From NCBI GenBank assembly GCA_050247435.1, contig JBFWUF010000008.1, forward strand, positions 22,704 to 86,703: a stretch of DNA of 64,000 nucleotides, given 5' to 3'. Under the pieces are notes generated by a model. It made no database searches, was not told where the DNA came from, and saw only the letters and a program-made list of their open reading frames with translations. Positions 16,744 to 27,349 of this stretch are shown one piece after another. Position numbers and translations under genes: made by a program. Position 1 is the first letter of the stretch, and each line of letters begins with the position of its first letter. The DNA comes from Blastocatellales bacterium. Lineage in GTDB: Bacteria; Acidobacteriota; Blastocatellia; RBC074.

Positions 16744-19700
16744 TTAAGATTGGGCTGGCCGCTTCGTCGCGCCAAAGCGCAGGTAAAGCGCCGGCATCAG
16801 AAAGAGATTCAGCGCCGTTGAACTGAACAGCCCGCCCAAAATCACCACAGCCAGCGGGTGTTCAATCTCGTGTCCGGGTTTATTGCCGCCGATGACGATG
16901 GGCAGCAGCGCCAGGCCTGTCGCCAGCGCCGTCATCAGGATCGGCGCCAACCGTTCTTCAGAGCCGCGCAGGACAAGCTCCTGACCGAACTCCTGACCTT
17001 CTTCGGTTTCCAGGTGGCGGTAGTGGCTGACCAGCATGATCCCGTTGCGCGCGGCGATGCCCAGCACCGTCACAAATCCCACCAGCGAACCCAGCGATAG
17101 AATCCCACCTGTCAACAGCGTGGCCGCGACTCCGCCAACGAGCGCGAATGGCAGGCTGAAGAAGACCAGAGCCACCAACCGGGGCGAGCGAAAATCGGCG
17201 TGCAGCAAAAGTAGAATGCCGAGCAGCGCCAGCCCGGAAAGCGCCAGCAGCCGGTTACGCGATTCCTGCCGGGCCGCGTATTCGCCCAGGAATTCCGGGT
17301 GATAGCCGCGGTCGAATGACAGCGATTTGACTTTGGTTTCGATCTGGCGTGCCACGCTGCCCAGGTCGCGCCCTTTCACGTCGCAGGTCACGTCAATGCG
17401 GCGGGACGCGCCTTCGCGTTGCACGATGTTCAGCGCGGGCGCGATCTGCACGTCCGCCACATCGCCCAAAGGAACATCACCGCCCGCTGCCAAGCTGATT
17501 CTCAACCTGCGCACGGCTTCCAGGTCAGTGCGCGTGCTCGGCGCGCCCCAGACGACCACGTCATTGATTTGCTGCGCCTCGTAAAGCTCTCCGACTTTCT
17601 GTCCCTTGATCAGCGTAGTCGCCGCGCGGCGCACATCGCCCGGCGTCAGGCCGAACCGCGATGCTGCGTCTTGCCGCAACCGCACTTCGATCTGCGGAAC
17701 CAAAACCTGCTGTTCGATTTTCAGATTGGATACGCCTTGCACACCGCCGATTGTCTTACCGACTTCGGCAGCTTTCGTGCGCAGCCCCTCCAATTCGGGG
17801 CCGTAAATGCGCACGACGATGGAAGCGCCCGCGCCGGTCAGGACTTCCTTGATGCGCTCCTTCAAATAGGTCAGCAGGTCGCGCACCAACCCTGGATACC
17901 CGTCCACGACTTCCTGGATTTTGGTTACGGTCGGCTCGTAAGGCGCGTTCGGGTCAATGCTAATCCACAACTCGGTGAAGTTCGGACCGACGACTTCGTC
18001 CGCGACTTCGGCGCGGCCAATGTGCGAGCCAAAGTTGCGCACGCCGGGAATGGCGCGCAGTTCCTTACTCACCGCGATGGTGATGCGGTCCATCGCTTCG
18101 AGCGACGTGCCGGGCTTTTCAACCCAGTGCATCAGGAAGTCCGTCTCCTTGAAGTTCGGCAGAAACTCTTCGCCTAGTAACGGAACCACCGCCGCCGTCA
18201 GTCCGAACAGGACGAGCATCGAGATGACGGCTGTTTTCGGCTTGTTGATGAACGAGGGCAGCAGGCGGCGGTAGTGGCGTTTGAGAAAGCGAGTCAGCGC
18301 AGGCTCCGGGCGCTCGCAGTTCGCCGCGCGCGGCAACAGCAGCAATGACAGCGCGGGCGTCAGCGTCAGGGCCACGCCCAGCGACGCCAGCACCGCCAGC
18401 ACGTAAGAAATCGCCAGCGGGCGGAAGAACGAACCCGACAGCCCGTCCAGAAAAAAGATCGGCAGGAAGACCATCACCACGATCAGTGTGGCGAAGACGA
18501 TGGCGCTGCGTACTTCCAGCGAGGCTTTCAACACCACCGAGAATGCAGATTCAGGATTTCCCGCTTCGCGGTTCAGCCGCAGCCGCCGCATGATGTTTTC
18601 GACATCAATGATGGCGTCATCCACGACTTCGCCGAGCGCAATCACCAAGCCCGCAATGACCATCGTGTTGATCGTGTAGCCGCGCCAATACAAGACAAGC
18701 GTCGCCGCCAACAGCGAGAGCGGAATCGCCGATAAACTGATGACCGCCGTTCGCCACTCAAACAGGAAAGCGACCAGCACGGCGATGACCAGCAAACAGC
18801 CGATGAACAACGCCGTCCGCAAATTCCGCAGCGCCACTTCAATGAAAGTCGCAGGGCGAAAGATGGTTGGATCCACTTCGACATCTTTCAATCCGGGCTT
18901 GAGCGCATTGAGCGCGGCTTCGACATTGCGCGTCACGTCCAGCGTGTTGCCTTCCGGTTGCTTTTCGACGATCAGCAGGATGCCGGGGCCGTCGTTGATG
19001 ATCGCGTCGCCGATCGGCGGCGGATGGCCTTCGACGATCTCGGCGACGGCGCCCAGGGCGAGCGGCGCGCCGTTGCGGAAGGCAACGGGAACGCGCGCCA
19101 GGTCCTGCGGCTGTGTAACGGCGGCCAAGTGCGCGACGGACAATCGCTGATTCGGCGTGTCCACGAAACCACCCGCAGCGACGGCTACGGCATCGCGGGT
19201 CGCGCGCTCGACATCGGCCAGCGTGACGTTGTGCGCGCGCAACCGCTCCGGATCAACCAGCACCTGCATCTGGCGGTCGCGCTGGCCCCAGATCGCCACG
19301 TTCGCCACGCCGGGCACGGCCATCAAGCGCGGGCGAAGCGTCCAGCGAGCCAACGCTGAAAGCTCCATCTGTGAAAGCGTTTTCGATGACAGGCCGATCT
19401 TCATCGCGCGGCTGGTGGAGGATAGCGGCTGCAAGATAACGGGCGGGTGCGCCGCCCCAGGCAGTTGCGGGGCGACCAGCGCCAGCCGCTCCTGCACGCG
19501 CTGCCGCGCCGGCATCAGGTCCGTGTCCTGCTGGAAGATCAAAACCACCGACGACAGGCCGAGCACGGATTTCGAGCGCAGCGTCTTCAATTGCGCCGTG
19601 CCGTTCAGCGCGTTCTCAATCGGCACGGTGATCAGGCTTTCGACTTCGGCGGTCGAAAAGCCAGGCGCTTCGGTCTGAATCTCGACCAGCGGCGGCGCGA

Positions 19701-19821
19701 ATTCGGGGAACACGTCAAGCGGCGTCGTGCGCACCACGCGCAGGCCGACGATCATCAACAGGATCGCGACGACGACGACGATGACGCGCAGTTGCAGAGA
19801 GGTTGAGACGAGCCAGTTCAT
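16744..19821 (-). CDS. czcA: CusA/CzcA-family heavy-metal efflux RND permease
   Basis: 1025 aa with 12 TM helices and two large periplasmic loops. The N-terminus ([24 protein letters not shown]) is the HME-RND hallmark. Confidence 0.95.
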   Translation of the reverse strand: MNWLVSTSLQLRVIVVVVAILLMIVGLRVVRTTPLDVFPEFAPPLVEIQTEAPGFSTAEVESLITVPIENALNGTAQLKTLRSKSVLGLSSVVLIFQQDTDLMPARQRVQERLALVAPQLPGAAHPPVILQPLSSTSRAMKIGLSSKTLSQMELSALARWTLRPRLMAVPGVANVAIWGQRDRQMQVLVDPERLRAHNVTLADVERATRDAVAVAAGGFVDTPNQRLSVAHLAAVTQPQDLARVPVAFRNGAPLALGAVAEIVEGHPPPIGDAIINDGPGILLIVEKQPEGNTLDVTRNVEAALNALKPGLKDVEVDPTIFRPATFIEVALRNLRTALFIGCLLVIAVLVAFLFEWRTAVISLSAIPLSLLAATLVLYWRGYTINTMVIAGLVIALGEVVDDAIIDVENIMRRLRLNREAGNPESAFSVVLKASLEVRSAIVFATLIVVMVFLPIFFLDGLSGSFFRPLAISYVLAVLASLGVALTLTPALSLLLLPRAANCERPEPALTRFLKRHYRRLLPSFINKPKTAVISMLVLFGLTAAVVPLLGEEFLPNFKETDFLMHWVEKPGTSLEAMDRITIAVSKELRAIPGVRNFGSHIGRAEVADEVVGPNFTELWISIDPNAPYEPTVTKIQEVVDGYPGLVRDLLTYLKERIKEVLTGAGASIVVRIYGPELEGLRTKAAEVGKTIGGVQGVSNLKIEQQVLVPQIEVRLRQDAASRFGLTPGDVRRAATTLIKGQKVGELYEAQQINDVVVWGAPSTRTDLEAVRRLRISLAAGGDVPLGDVADVQIAPALNIVQREGASRRIDVTCDVKGRDLGSVARQIETKVKSLSFDRGYHPEFLGEYAARQESRNRLLALSGLALLGILLLLHADFRSPRLVALVFFSLPFALVGGVAATLLTGGILSLGSLVGFVTVLGIAARNGIMLVSHYRHLETEEGQEFGQELVLRGSEERLAPILMTALATGLALLPIVIGGNKPGHEIEHPLAVVILGGLFSSTALNLFLMPALYLRFGATKRPAQS

Positions 19822-19827
19822 TCAGAA

Positions 19828-21051
19828 TTATTTTCCCGTGCCGAATTCCGTACCGAAGATTTCAGCGGCTCCGGCGGTGACGACTTTTGCGCCCAAAGCC
19901 GGGCCGCGAGCCAGCACGGCCCGCGAATCCACGACGCGGCGCACTTCCACGCGGCGGCGCACATATTGCTGCGGCGCGGTGTTTTCATAAACCCAAGTCC
20001 CGCCATGGATGTCGTGCAAAACTGCCGACCACGGAACGACCAGGCTCTCTGCTGACGCTTTTTCCAAAAGCGTCACACTCATCTTCTGACCGGGCCGTAG
20101 GGAGCCGTCTGTGTTGGCCAACTCAAAATATAGGTCGGCGGTGTCGTTGGCGGGGTTGGCGGTAGGTGGCGCGTTTACTGGCCGAGCAACGCGCGATGGC
20201 GCGCCGAGCGGATCATTCAGCATCCGCACGCGCGCGGTCTGATTGCGATGGATCGCGTTCAAATCACCGACGTATACCGGCACGCGAATCCAAACCACGG
20301 CGAGGTTGACGACTTCGAACAGCGGTGCGCCGCCGGTCACGGTCTGGCCCGGACTGACGAACAATTTCTGGATCATCCCGTCGCGCGGGGCGACGACGGT
20401 GACCGCGACATCGCCGGAAATGGGCGCTTTGTCGTAACGCTCAAGCCGCGCGCGCGCCGTTTTCAAATCATTTTCTGCGACGTTTAATTCTTCGCGCGCC
20501 TGCTCAACGGCTTTCTCGCTGCCGGCGCGATCGCGCAGCAATTGCTCGGCGCGGTTGAAGCGAACGCGCGCGGCGTCCACGCGCGTCTGCGCATTGGTCA
20601 CATCGCGATCCAGTTGCACGCGCAGGTCACGCTCCGGCGCGAGCAGCGGCGTCAGGCGAAAAACCACCTGTCCTTTGCGCACAAACATCCCGACCGACGG
20701 CGGCGCGTCGGACAAAAGCGTCCCGCCCAACGGCGCCGACACGCTAATGGTTCGATCCGGCGGAAGTGTGATCTCTCCGGCAAAGGTGCGTGCCTCAGCG
20801 ACTCTTTCGATTGCAACTGGCGAGGTTGTGACGCCCAATCGTTGTTCAGCCTGCGGCGAGAGTTTAACCGTGGCCAAGTCAGTTTCTTTGACCGCGTTCT
20901 CGACTTTGGCAGCGGGCGCGGTTTTCTGACTTTCGGCTGCTTGTGGTTTTGAACAGCCTGACAGCCAGAGCGTAGAAGTTATGATGATCAGAATTTGCCC
21001 AATCATCACTTGCAAGAGGAGTGGGCGGCGCGCGGGATCAATGATTCGCAA
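19828..21051 (-). CDS. czcB: RND efflux periplasmic adaptor (CzcB/CusB-like)
   Basis: Lipoprotein-like N-terminus (LSGCSKP). Coiled-coil hairpin region, beta-barrel and MP domains. Immediately upstream of czcA. Confidence 0.85.
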   Translation of the reverse strand: MRIIDPARRPLLLQVMIGQILIIITSTLWLSGCSKPQAAESQKTAPAAKVENAVKETDLATVKLSPQAEQRLGVTTSPVAIERVAEARTFAGEITLPPDRTISVSAPLGGTLLSDAPPSVGMFVRKGQVVFRLTPLLAPERDLRVQLDRDVTNAQTRVDAARVRFNRAEQLLRDRAGSEKAVEQAREELNVAENDLKTARARLERYDKAPISGDVAVTVVAPRDGMIQKLFVSPGQTVTGGAPLFEVVNLAVVWIRVPVYVGDLNAIHRNQTARVRMLNDPLGAPSRVARPVNAPPTANPANDTADLYFELANTDGSLRPGQKMSVTLLEKASAESLVVPWSAVLHDIHGGTWVYENTAPQQYVRRRVEVRRVVDSRAVLARGPALGAKVVTAGAAEIFGTEFGTGK

Positions 21052-22450
21052 TCAGCCTCCTTCCGACGCTGCGCTCCAACGCGATTAGCGCGCGCTTGGT
21101 GGCGACCTGGAAATCGGCCTCGCGCAGGCGTTCATCGGAGTAGCGGCGCGCGGTTTCGAGCACGAAAAGATAAGCCACGTCGCCTGAGCGGTAAGAGGTT
21201 TGAGCCAGGCGAATGTCCTGTTCCAGCGGTGGCAGCACACGCGCGCGCCACAGATCGTGCGCCGCACGCGCCTGTCTGAGTTGTGCGTATGCCTCTCTCA
21301 CTTCCGAAACGATTCGTTGCCGGGCGGCAATCAATTGTTTGGCGGCGCGCTCGATCTCAGCCTCGGCGCGCGAAATATTGCCTTGATTCCGGTTGAAGAT
21401 CGGCAGATCAATCAGCAGGCCAGGCCCCTGCTCGAAGCCATTCGTCCCGCGTCCGTACTCTTTGGCGATGGCTGTGACGTTGACGATGCGCGAGCGTTCC
21501 CACTTAGCGCGCGCGCCGGCGGCTTCAATAGCCAACTCTCCAGCTATGACCTCCGGTCTGGCGTCGAGCGCCTGTTTGATCAATTCGTTGAGCGATTCTG
21601 ATTCGGAGACAGTGGGGAGCGGCGGTACTGCAGACGCCTGTACGCTGATGATCCGATCAGGCGCGGGCGTCAGCGATGTTTGCGGGACGATCAGATTCAG
21701 GTCTGGGGATTCAACGCCGAACCCTAACAACGAGCGCAATCGCTCTTTGGCCAGTTCGGCGTCTTGCGTGAAGCGGGCCTCGCGCTCTTCCGCCAGGCGC
21801 GCGTCGGTGATGGCGGCGCTCGTTTCCAATTCGCTGATGTCGCCCGCGCGCAGCCGGGCGTTGATGATAACGGCGATTTCCCGGCGCTCGTGCGTGATCT
21901 CCTCGGCGATGCCTGCGCGCGTATGGGCCGCCGCGTACTCGGCGTAAGCCAGCCGCACGTCGCGCGCCAGGTCGAGCGCGCGCGACACCAGGGTTTCGGC
22001 GACGCGTTCCTGCTCCAGTTTGGCCGCCGCCACGCGTCGGGGCCGTTGCCAGATCGCTTCGATCGGCCAGTTGGCGACTGCTTCCAGGATGCGGAAGCTG
22101 AAGGGAAAGATCATTGTCAATTGCGGGTTGGAAAGCAGCCCGGCTTGGATCACGTCGGCGCGCGCCACACCCAGCGCCGTCATCTCGGCTTGCAGCGCCG
22201 GACTGTTCCACAACGCAATCGCCACAGCCTCGTCTTCCGTCACGCCGTCGCCAAGAGAAATGCCTTCGGGCAGCGCCGGAACCTCTGACTTCGTCGCCGG
22301 GTGAAGTTTATGCCCGATTCGGCTTTCAACCTCTTTCGACACGTCGGCGGGCTGTCGTCCGGCCTGTGCCAGTACGCACGCTGGGAGCAGCATCATGGAA
22401 AAGACAATCACCAGGGGCTTCATCGTTCGTCTCCAACCTGCGCGGTTCAA
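21038..22450 (-). CDS. czcC: TolC-family outer membrane efflux protein (CzcC-like)
   Basis: 470 aa with a signal peptide and two repeats of alpha-helical coiled-coil plus beta segments. Overlaps the czcB start. Confidence 0.85.
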   Translation of the reverse strand: MNRAGWRRTMKPLVIVFSMMLLPACVLAQAGRQPADVSKEVESRIGHKLHPATKSEVPALPEGISLGDGVTEDEAVAIALWNSPALQAEMTALGVARADVIQAGLLSNPQLTMIFPFSFRILEAVANWPIEAIWQRPRRVAAAKLEQERVAETLVSRALDLARDVRLAYAEYAAAHTRAGIAEEITHERREIAVIINARLRAGDISELETSAAITDARLAEEREARFTQDAELAKERLRSLLGFGVESPDLNLIVPQTSLTPAPDRIISVQASAVPPLPTVSESESLNELIKQALDARPEVIAGELAIEAAGARAKWERSRIVNVTAIAKEYGRGTNGFEQGPGLLIDLPIFNRNQGNISRAEAEIERAAKQLIAARQRIVSEVREAYAQLRQARAAHDLWRARVLPPLEQDIRLAQTSYRSGDVAYLFVLETARRYSDERLREADFQVATKRALIALERSVGRRLIANH

Positions 22451-22962
22451 TTGGGCAGCGGCTTGCCGTCAGGATCAACTTTGATTTCCGAAATCTTGCC
22501 TGCTGTCCGGACATGCGCTTCGTAAGCGACGATCGCATTGTTCTTCGTAATGGATTCGATCAGCAGTATCCTGCCCTTGCCAGCCTGCTTGACGATCTCG
22601 GCCTTGGCGGCGGGCGGAAGCGAAGCCAGCGTGACTTGTTCTTCCACTTCAACGACAGCGCCGTTGGCATCCATCAGAACGTCTTTGAGATGGCCTTTGA
22701 CGCGCAGCGACGCTTCGTAAAACGTCTGGCCGTCCTTCGTTTCCATCGAAAGACCGCGCAGCGTCGCCCCTTTGCTCTGTTCCCGCACCGTGGCCTGCGC
22801 CGCCGGCGGGAGGTCTTTCATCTTCACAGGACGCTCAGTTTCCTGAGCCAGAGAATGCTGCGCGCAAAGGGCGAGCAACAGAACCGCAACGCAGGCCGTC
22901 AAGCGCCGGCGCGCAAGAAGCACGGTTATTTTTGTGATGCGTTTCATCATGCCATTCCTCAC
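22447..22962 (-). CDS. periplasmic tandem PepSY-like domain protein
   Basis: Signal peptide. Two internal repeats (LPPAAQATVREQSKGATLRGL and LPPAAKAEIVKQAGKGRILLIE) typical of PepSY_like/BLIP-like domains. Confidence 0.6.
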   Translation of the reverse strand: MRNGMMKRITKITVLLARRRLTACVAVLLLALCAQHSLAQETERPVKMKDLPPAAQATVREQSKGATLRGLSMETKDGQTFYEASLRVKGHLKDVLMDANGAVVEVEEQVTLASLPPAAKAEIVKQAGKGRILLIESITKNNAIVAYEAHVRTAGKISEIKVDPDGKPLPN

Positions 22963-22986
22963 TGGTTGAAATTAGGACTGGATCGT

Positions 22987-23598
22987 TCACTGGCGAGCCG
23001 GTGCGAGCTTGCCCTGCTGTGCCTGGGCGCGAGCTTGAAGGCCGCGGTAATAATCGTAGACGTAATCCTTGTAAGAGCCGTGCCCCCAACTGGTGTAGAA
23101 GTCGTACTGCTTCATCTCCTTGTATGCTTGATCAATGTTCCACCCATCTACCGACATTCGATAAACGGCTGTCATCGCGCCAGTGCGGTGCCGCCCGCCC
23201 GCGCAGTGGACGTAGACCGGCCAGTTAGCCTGGTTGTTGACCGTTTCCAGGAAGCGCGTTGCGGTGTCGGCTTGAGGATAGCTTTTCTCCTTCATTGGCA
23301 GGTTGATGTAACGCAGCCCCGCGCGCTCTGCGTTTGCCCGCGCCTCGGAATCAGCGTCTTCGCGCAAGTCAACAATCGTTTTGACGCCGAGCGCGGCCAG
23401 TTGCTCATAGTTGCGCCCCTTAGGCTGCGCGCCGCGATAGAAATGGTCATTGACCTTTCCGAAGTTTTCAATGTCCACTGCAGAACCACTTGCCCGCTTA
23501 TGATCCGAAAGGGCGCTAGTTGTTAGCGCCGTTGCGCAGATCAGTGCGGCCACCAGAGCCGCGCTCCACGTCCTGTGAAAAAGGATTCTATGTTTCAT
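22987..23598 (-). CDS. secreted Cys-based phosphatase (CX5R; tyrosine/dual-specificity phosphatase-like, Y_phosphatase2/3-like)
   Basis: Signal peptide. Catalytic loop HCAGGRHRTG. An upstream D (general acid) region. ATG at 23598 with a GGGAG RBS; the ORF-track start 23628 is further upstream. Confidence 0.75.
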   Translation of the reverse strand: MKHRILFHRTWSAALVAALICATALTTSALSDHKRASGSAVDIENFGKVNDHFYRGAQPKGRNYEQLAALGVKTIVDLREDADSEARANAERAGLRYINLPMKEKSYPQADTATRFLETVNNQANWPVYVHCAGGRHRTGAMTAVYRMSVDGWNIDQAYKEMKQYDFYTSWGHGSYKDYVYDYYRGLQARAQAQQGKLAPARQ

Positions 23599-23741
23599 TG
23601 ATGCTCCCGTTGAGAATTTCGCCAACATGGTCGCCGTTGGCCAGGAAACTTATTCCGTCTTTTGCTTTTCCGCGCATCAGACCGGCCATGAACAGGCCAG
23701 CCGAATGAATGCGCCAATCAATCGCATTGTAACGAAGAGGA

Positions 23742-23759
23742 GATAAACAGAGGATAAAC
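23742..23759. promoter_or_regulatory. candidate OmpR-family response-regulator box GATAAAC-N4-GATAAAC (copy 2 of 5)
   Basis: GATAAAC at 23742-23748 and at 23753-23759, phased 11 bp. Lies upstream of the phosphatase/PepSY/czcCBA operon. 31 bp nearly identical to the box at 43301-43318. Confidence 0.45.
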
Positions 23760-23795
23760 AGGAGTTGTAAATCGAATTTGATGAGCAGCCGCCAC

Positions 23796-25226
23796 TTATC
23801 CAAATTGCTTCGCGGGTAAAGTGACGCGAAATTGGCTGCCTGTAGAGTCAGAATGTTGCAAAGTCAATGACCCGCCGTGCGCTTCGGCAATCCAGCGGGC
23901 GATGGAAAGCCCTAATCCCGCGCCGCCGCCATTTCCGTGCGCCGCGCGAGAGCGGGCCTTATCGGCCCGATAGAAACGCTTGAAGATGTGCGGCTGCGCT
24001 TCGACGGGGATGCCGGCTCCGGTGTCATCCACGACAACGGAATAGATCGAATCCTCACGTATCAATCTGAGGGCGACTTGCCCGCCGGCGGGCGTGTGCT
24101 TAACAGCGTTATCGAGAAGGTTGAGCAGCATCTGGCGCAGCAAGGGTTCGTCGCCGCGGTAGGGTGATTCCACTGCCTCTTCAAATTGGACCGCGACCTG
24201 TTTGCGCGCAGCCAGAACGGCTGCAGCGCGCGCAGTCTCGGCGAGCAATTCCTCCAGGTAAAAATCGCTCGGCTCCAGCTCGCGCTGTTCGGCGTCGGCG
24301 CGGGCTAGTGTGAAAAGGTCTTCGACGATTTTGTTCAGACGGCGCGTCTGTTCGTTGATGATCCTCAGCGTCTCGTGGTACTCGCTCGCTTCACGCCGCG
24401 GAGGCTCAAGCATCACTTCCGTCGCGGTGTGAATCACGTGCAATGGCGTCCGCAACTCGTGCGAGGCGTCGGCCACAAACTGGCGCTGCTGCGCGAACGA
24501 TTCCTGCAAGCGGGCCAACAATTCATTGAACGTCGCGGCCAATTGCCCCAGTTCATCGCGCGGATTGGCGATCGGCAGCCGTTCCCCCAATCTTTCCGCG
24601 CTAATGCGCCGCGCGCTTTGCGACATCTCCGAAACCGGAGTCAGACTTTTGCGGACCAAAAACCATCCGCCGAACCCGGCCAGGATCAATGCAATAGGCG
24701 CTGCCGCCAGAAAGATGCCGCGCAATCCGGCCAGGTCTTCCGACATCGCCCTGAGCCGCTGGCTGACGACAATCACGTAGCTTTTGTTTTCGCGCACAAA
24801 TGTCACCCGCCGCGCAGCGACGCGCAGGTTTTCTTCCACACCGTTGACTTTGCCTGGAATGTTCAAAAATTGAATTTCGTCGCCCGTGGGCAGAGATCGC
24901 CCGGCAGGCAAGTCGGCGCGAAGATTATCCGGCGACGCTTTTTCTTCCAGCAACCGGCCCTGCGCGTCGAAGATCGCCGCCGCTTGCTCGGGAAAGTAAT
25001 GCTCATTGAGCGCGCTGTGGACGGCCTGCGCTTCGCTCTCGCCTTCCGCAAGTTCGTAGACCAGCAACCGCGAAATGCCTTCGACGGTCGTTCGCACTCC
25101 GGCGTCCAAGCGCCGGTGAAGCTGGCTGGCCGCCAGCAGATACACGCCCACGCTGAACGCGATCAACACGAATGCCAGCGTCCCCGTATGCCACAGCGTC
25201 AATCTTGTCCGTACTGAATCAAACAT
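23796..25226 (-). CDS. heavy-metal sensor histidine kinase (CusS/CzcS-like)
   Basis: TM1, ~140-aa periplasmic domain, TM2, HAMP, HisKA (SHELRTPL) and HATPase_c (DTGAGIP, GGAGLGLSI). Confidence 0.9.
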   Translation of the reverse strand: MFDSVRTRLTLWHTGTLAFVLIAFSVGVYLLAASQLHRRLDAGVRTTVEGISRLLVYELAEGESEAQAVHSALNEHYFPEQAAAIFDAQGRLLEEKASPDNLRADLPAGRSLPTGDEIQFLNIPGKVNGVEENLRVAARRVTFVRENKSYVIVVSQRLRAMSEDLAGLRGIFLAAAPIALILAGFGGWFLVRKSLTPVSEMSQSARRISAERLGERLPIANPRDELGQLAATFNELLARLQESFAQQRQFVADASHELRTPLHVIHTATEVMLEPPRREASEYHETLRIINEQTRRLNKIVEDLFTLARADAEQRELEPSDFYLEELLAETARAAAVLAARKQVAVQFEEAVESPYRGDEPLLRQMLLNLLDNAVKHTPAGGQVALRLIREDSIYSVVVDDTGAGIPVEAQPHIFKRFYRADKARSRAAHGNGGGAGLGLSIARWIAEAHGGSLTLQHSDSTGSQFRVTLPAKQFG

Positions 25227-25230
25227 AGAA

Positions 25231-25926
25231 TCATAACGGCAAATGATCGTTTCCCGCCGCCAGCAAATAGCCCTCGCCGCGCAGCGTGCGAATCAACTTC
25301 GGTTCCCGCCCTTCGTCAATCTTGCGCCGCAGCCGTTGAATGTAGACTTCAATCAGGTTTGAAAACGGGTCGAAGCTTTCGTCCCAGACGTGTTCGGCGA
25401 TCTCCGCGCGGGAAACGAGATGACCAGCTCGGCGCGCCAGGAACTCCAGCAGCGCATATTCTTTGGCAGTCAGCGCAATCAATTGTCCGGCGCGCTCGAC
25501 GGCATGCGAGCGAGTGTCGATCTTCAGGTCGCCAGCTTCGATCGTTTCCGGTTGTATGGATTGGCTTCGCCGCAAGAGCGCGCGCACGCGCGCCAGCAAT
25601 TCGTGAAAATCGAAGGGCTTGACCAGGTAATCGTCCGCGCCTGAATCCAGCCCGGCGATGCGGTCGCGCACGGCATCCCGCGCCGTCAGCATCAACACGG
25701 GCACACTCGCTCCAGCGGCGCGCAGTTCGCGGCAGACCTCAAGACCATCTTTCAAAGGCAGCATCACATCGAGGATGATCAGGTCGTAGTTGTTGATACT
25801 CGCCAAGTAGACGGCTTCCTCGCCTTCGGCGGCAACATCGACCGCGAACGCCCGCTCCCGCAACCCTTTCGCCAGCAAGCGCGCCGCATCAGGTTCATCT
25901 TCGACCAGCAAAACACGCATCTTCAC
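25231..25926 (-). CDS. OmpR-family response regulator (CusR/CzcR-like)
   Basis: REC domain (LLVEDEP, D in ILDVMLP, KPFD) plus a winged-helix DNA-binding domain ([22 protein letters not shown]). Confidence 0.9.
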   Translation of the reverse strand: MKMRVLLVEDEPDAARLLAKGLRERAFAVDVAAEGEEAVYLASINNYDLIILDVMLPLKDGLEVCRELRAAGASVPVLMLTARDAVRDRIAGLDSGADDYLVKPFDFHELLARVRALLRRSQSIQPETIEAGDLKIDTRSHAVERAGQLIALTAKEYALLEFLARRAGHLVSRAEIAEHVWDESFDPFSNLIEVYIQRLRRKIDEGREPKLIRTLRGEGYLLAAGNDHLPL

Positions 25927-26000
25927 TCCAACGTATCTGAAACCCGGACAGCCTTATGGAATCAGAGACAATCAACCGTCAAGCATCATATTACATCCCG

Positions 26001-26018
26001 GATAAACGTAAGATAAAC
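26001..26018. promoter_or_regulatory. candidate response-regulator box upstream of the RR/HK operon (autoregulation; copy 1 of 5)
   Basis: GATAAACGTAAGATAAAC. Two GATAAAC half-sites phased 11 bp, about 75 bp upstream of the RR start at 25926. Confidence 0.45.
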
Positions 26019-26251
26019 GCAAGGCCCTCGCCCGCCGCCGACTTCCGCCAACCGTCCGCCGCTCAAATCTTGTTGAGAATTGGCTCGCCTATGCATTGCG
26101 CCACAATCTTTTTATCTTCAACGCCATCACCCCGGTGAATCCCGCCGGATCGAACGCGCCCATCACAGCGTAGATTATTCGCAGCCGGATGCCTTGCTTC
26201 TCCTACCGCATCCGAACTGTCGTAAACGCCGATTACTTTTGCCATTTGATC

Positions 26252-27115
26252 TCAAAATGGGTACGCCACAATTTCAACCGTCTCCGTCGTCCAATGCGAT
26301 GCTCGCGTTCGACCGGCGTGACGATCCTGGCGACGTTTGATCCATTGCATCCCCTGTTGCAAGGCGGCGAAGAACCCGTCGCGATTGCTCGCAAAACTGT
26401 GGTTGTTCGCGTGAATCAATAAGAAACGTTTCGGACGTTTCGTCGTCACGAACAAGGCTTCCGCCTCGTCGTTTGGGATAAATTGGTCACTGCTCGATTG
26501 AATGACGAAGACCGGCAGCGGCGCGATCTTCGGCAGGTAATCGTCGCTTTGAAAGGTCGGTTCATTGGGCAGTTTTCCGGTCAGGCAGGTGAAGTTGTCC
26601 ACCCAGCGCCAACCGAGAATGTTCGTTTTGCCCAGCGAAACGGCGATCAGGCCGTCGTAGCCCGCCTTGTTCGCATCCGCCGCCGCCAGCGCCGCCAGTC
26701 CCGCGCCAGTTGACCATCCGGCCAGCGTGATCTTCTCGTCGAAACCGCCTGTAACGATACCGGCAAGCTGGTGGAAATCGGTCATCACATCAGCCGCCGT
26801 CAGATGCGTTTTGCCGGTGAAGCTCGACAGGTAATGTCTGGTATCGAGCGCGTACAGGTCGTAGCCCATCCCGGCCAGCTTTTCGGCGATCGTAATGGCA
26901 AAGCCCCGATGCCCGCCGTCGCCCGGCGCGAAGAGTACTTTGTGATGCGCGCCCACGCCTGCGCCAGGATAGAAATAAAGCTTCTGCCGCTGACCGCGAA
27001 TCGCGATTGTATTTCGACCGGCTTTGATCTCCGGCGTCGCAGTTTGCGCGAAGGCTGGCGGCAGACACAGCGTTGTAAGCAGCAAAATCAGCGCAGGCGA
27101 AAATAATCTTTTCAT
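26252..27115 (-). CDS. AcvB/VirJ-family alpha/beta hydrolase (putative lysyl-phosphatidylglycerol hydrolase)
   Basis: Signal peptide. Paralogous to 28354-29133: both share VLFAPGDGG(W/H)RG and GWSEGAG/GWSTGAG (the nucleophile elbow GxSxG). ATG at 27115 overlaps the stop of the upstream small ORF (ATGA). Confidence 0.7.
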   Translation of the reverse strand: MKRLFSPALILLLTTLCLPPAFAQTATPEIKAGRNTIAIRGQRQKLYFYPGAGVGAHHKVLFAPGDGGHRGFAITIAEKLAGMGYDLYALDTRHYLSSFTGKTHLTAADVMTDFHQLAGIVTGGFDEKITLAGWSTGAGLAALAAADANKAGYDGLIAVSLGKTNILGWRWVDNFTCLTGKLPNEPTFQSDDYLPKIAPLPVFVIQSSSDQFIPNDEAEALFVTTKRPKRFLLIHANNHSFASNRDGFFAALQQGMQWIKRRQDRHAGRTRASHWTTETVEIVAYPF

Positions 27116-27315
27116 ATTGGTTTCCGGCGACAGAGCCATAACAGAGCGGCTCCGAGCGCGATTGCGATGGATGACGCTCCCACAACCGAACCGATAAAAT
27201 TCTCTGCGAAGAACACGCGTTCGATCAGCGAAAAGAACAACACGGCCGCGCCCAGCATCAGGCAAAAGACGCCCAGCGTCAGGACAATGAATCTGGAGTT
27301 TTCATTCAACCGCAT
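27112..27315 (-). CDS. small two-TM membrane protein (67 aa)
   Basis: ATG at 27315 with a GGGGAG RBS. Two hydrophobic helices. Its stop overlaps the start of the downstream VirJ-like gene. Confidence 0.4.
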   Translation of the reverse strand: MRLNENSRFIVLTLGVFCLMLGAAVLFFSLIERVFFAENFIGSVVGASSIAIALGAALLWLCRRKPI

Positions 27316-27349
27316 GCTCGTCTCCCCTTCAGCCGCATTTGCTCCGCGC

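Noticed and set aside
17419-18177. Long antisense ORFs inside the three czcA genes (for example 17419-18177, 45362-45892, 50588-51883, 52421-53002)
   Set aside because: They are opposite-strand shadows of strongly conserved RND permease genes. Compositionally they are R/D/A/H-rich, a typical GC-rich reverse-frame artefact.
22114-23526. 470-aa + strand ORF spanning czcC, the PepSY-like gene and the phosphatase gene
   Set aside because: Antisense to three separate, well-supported minus-strand genes. No RBS and no domain signature.
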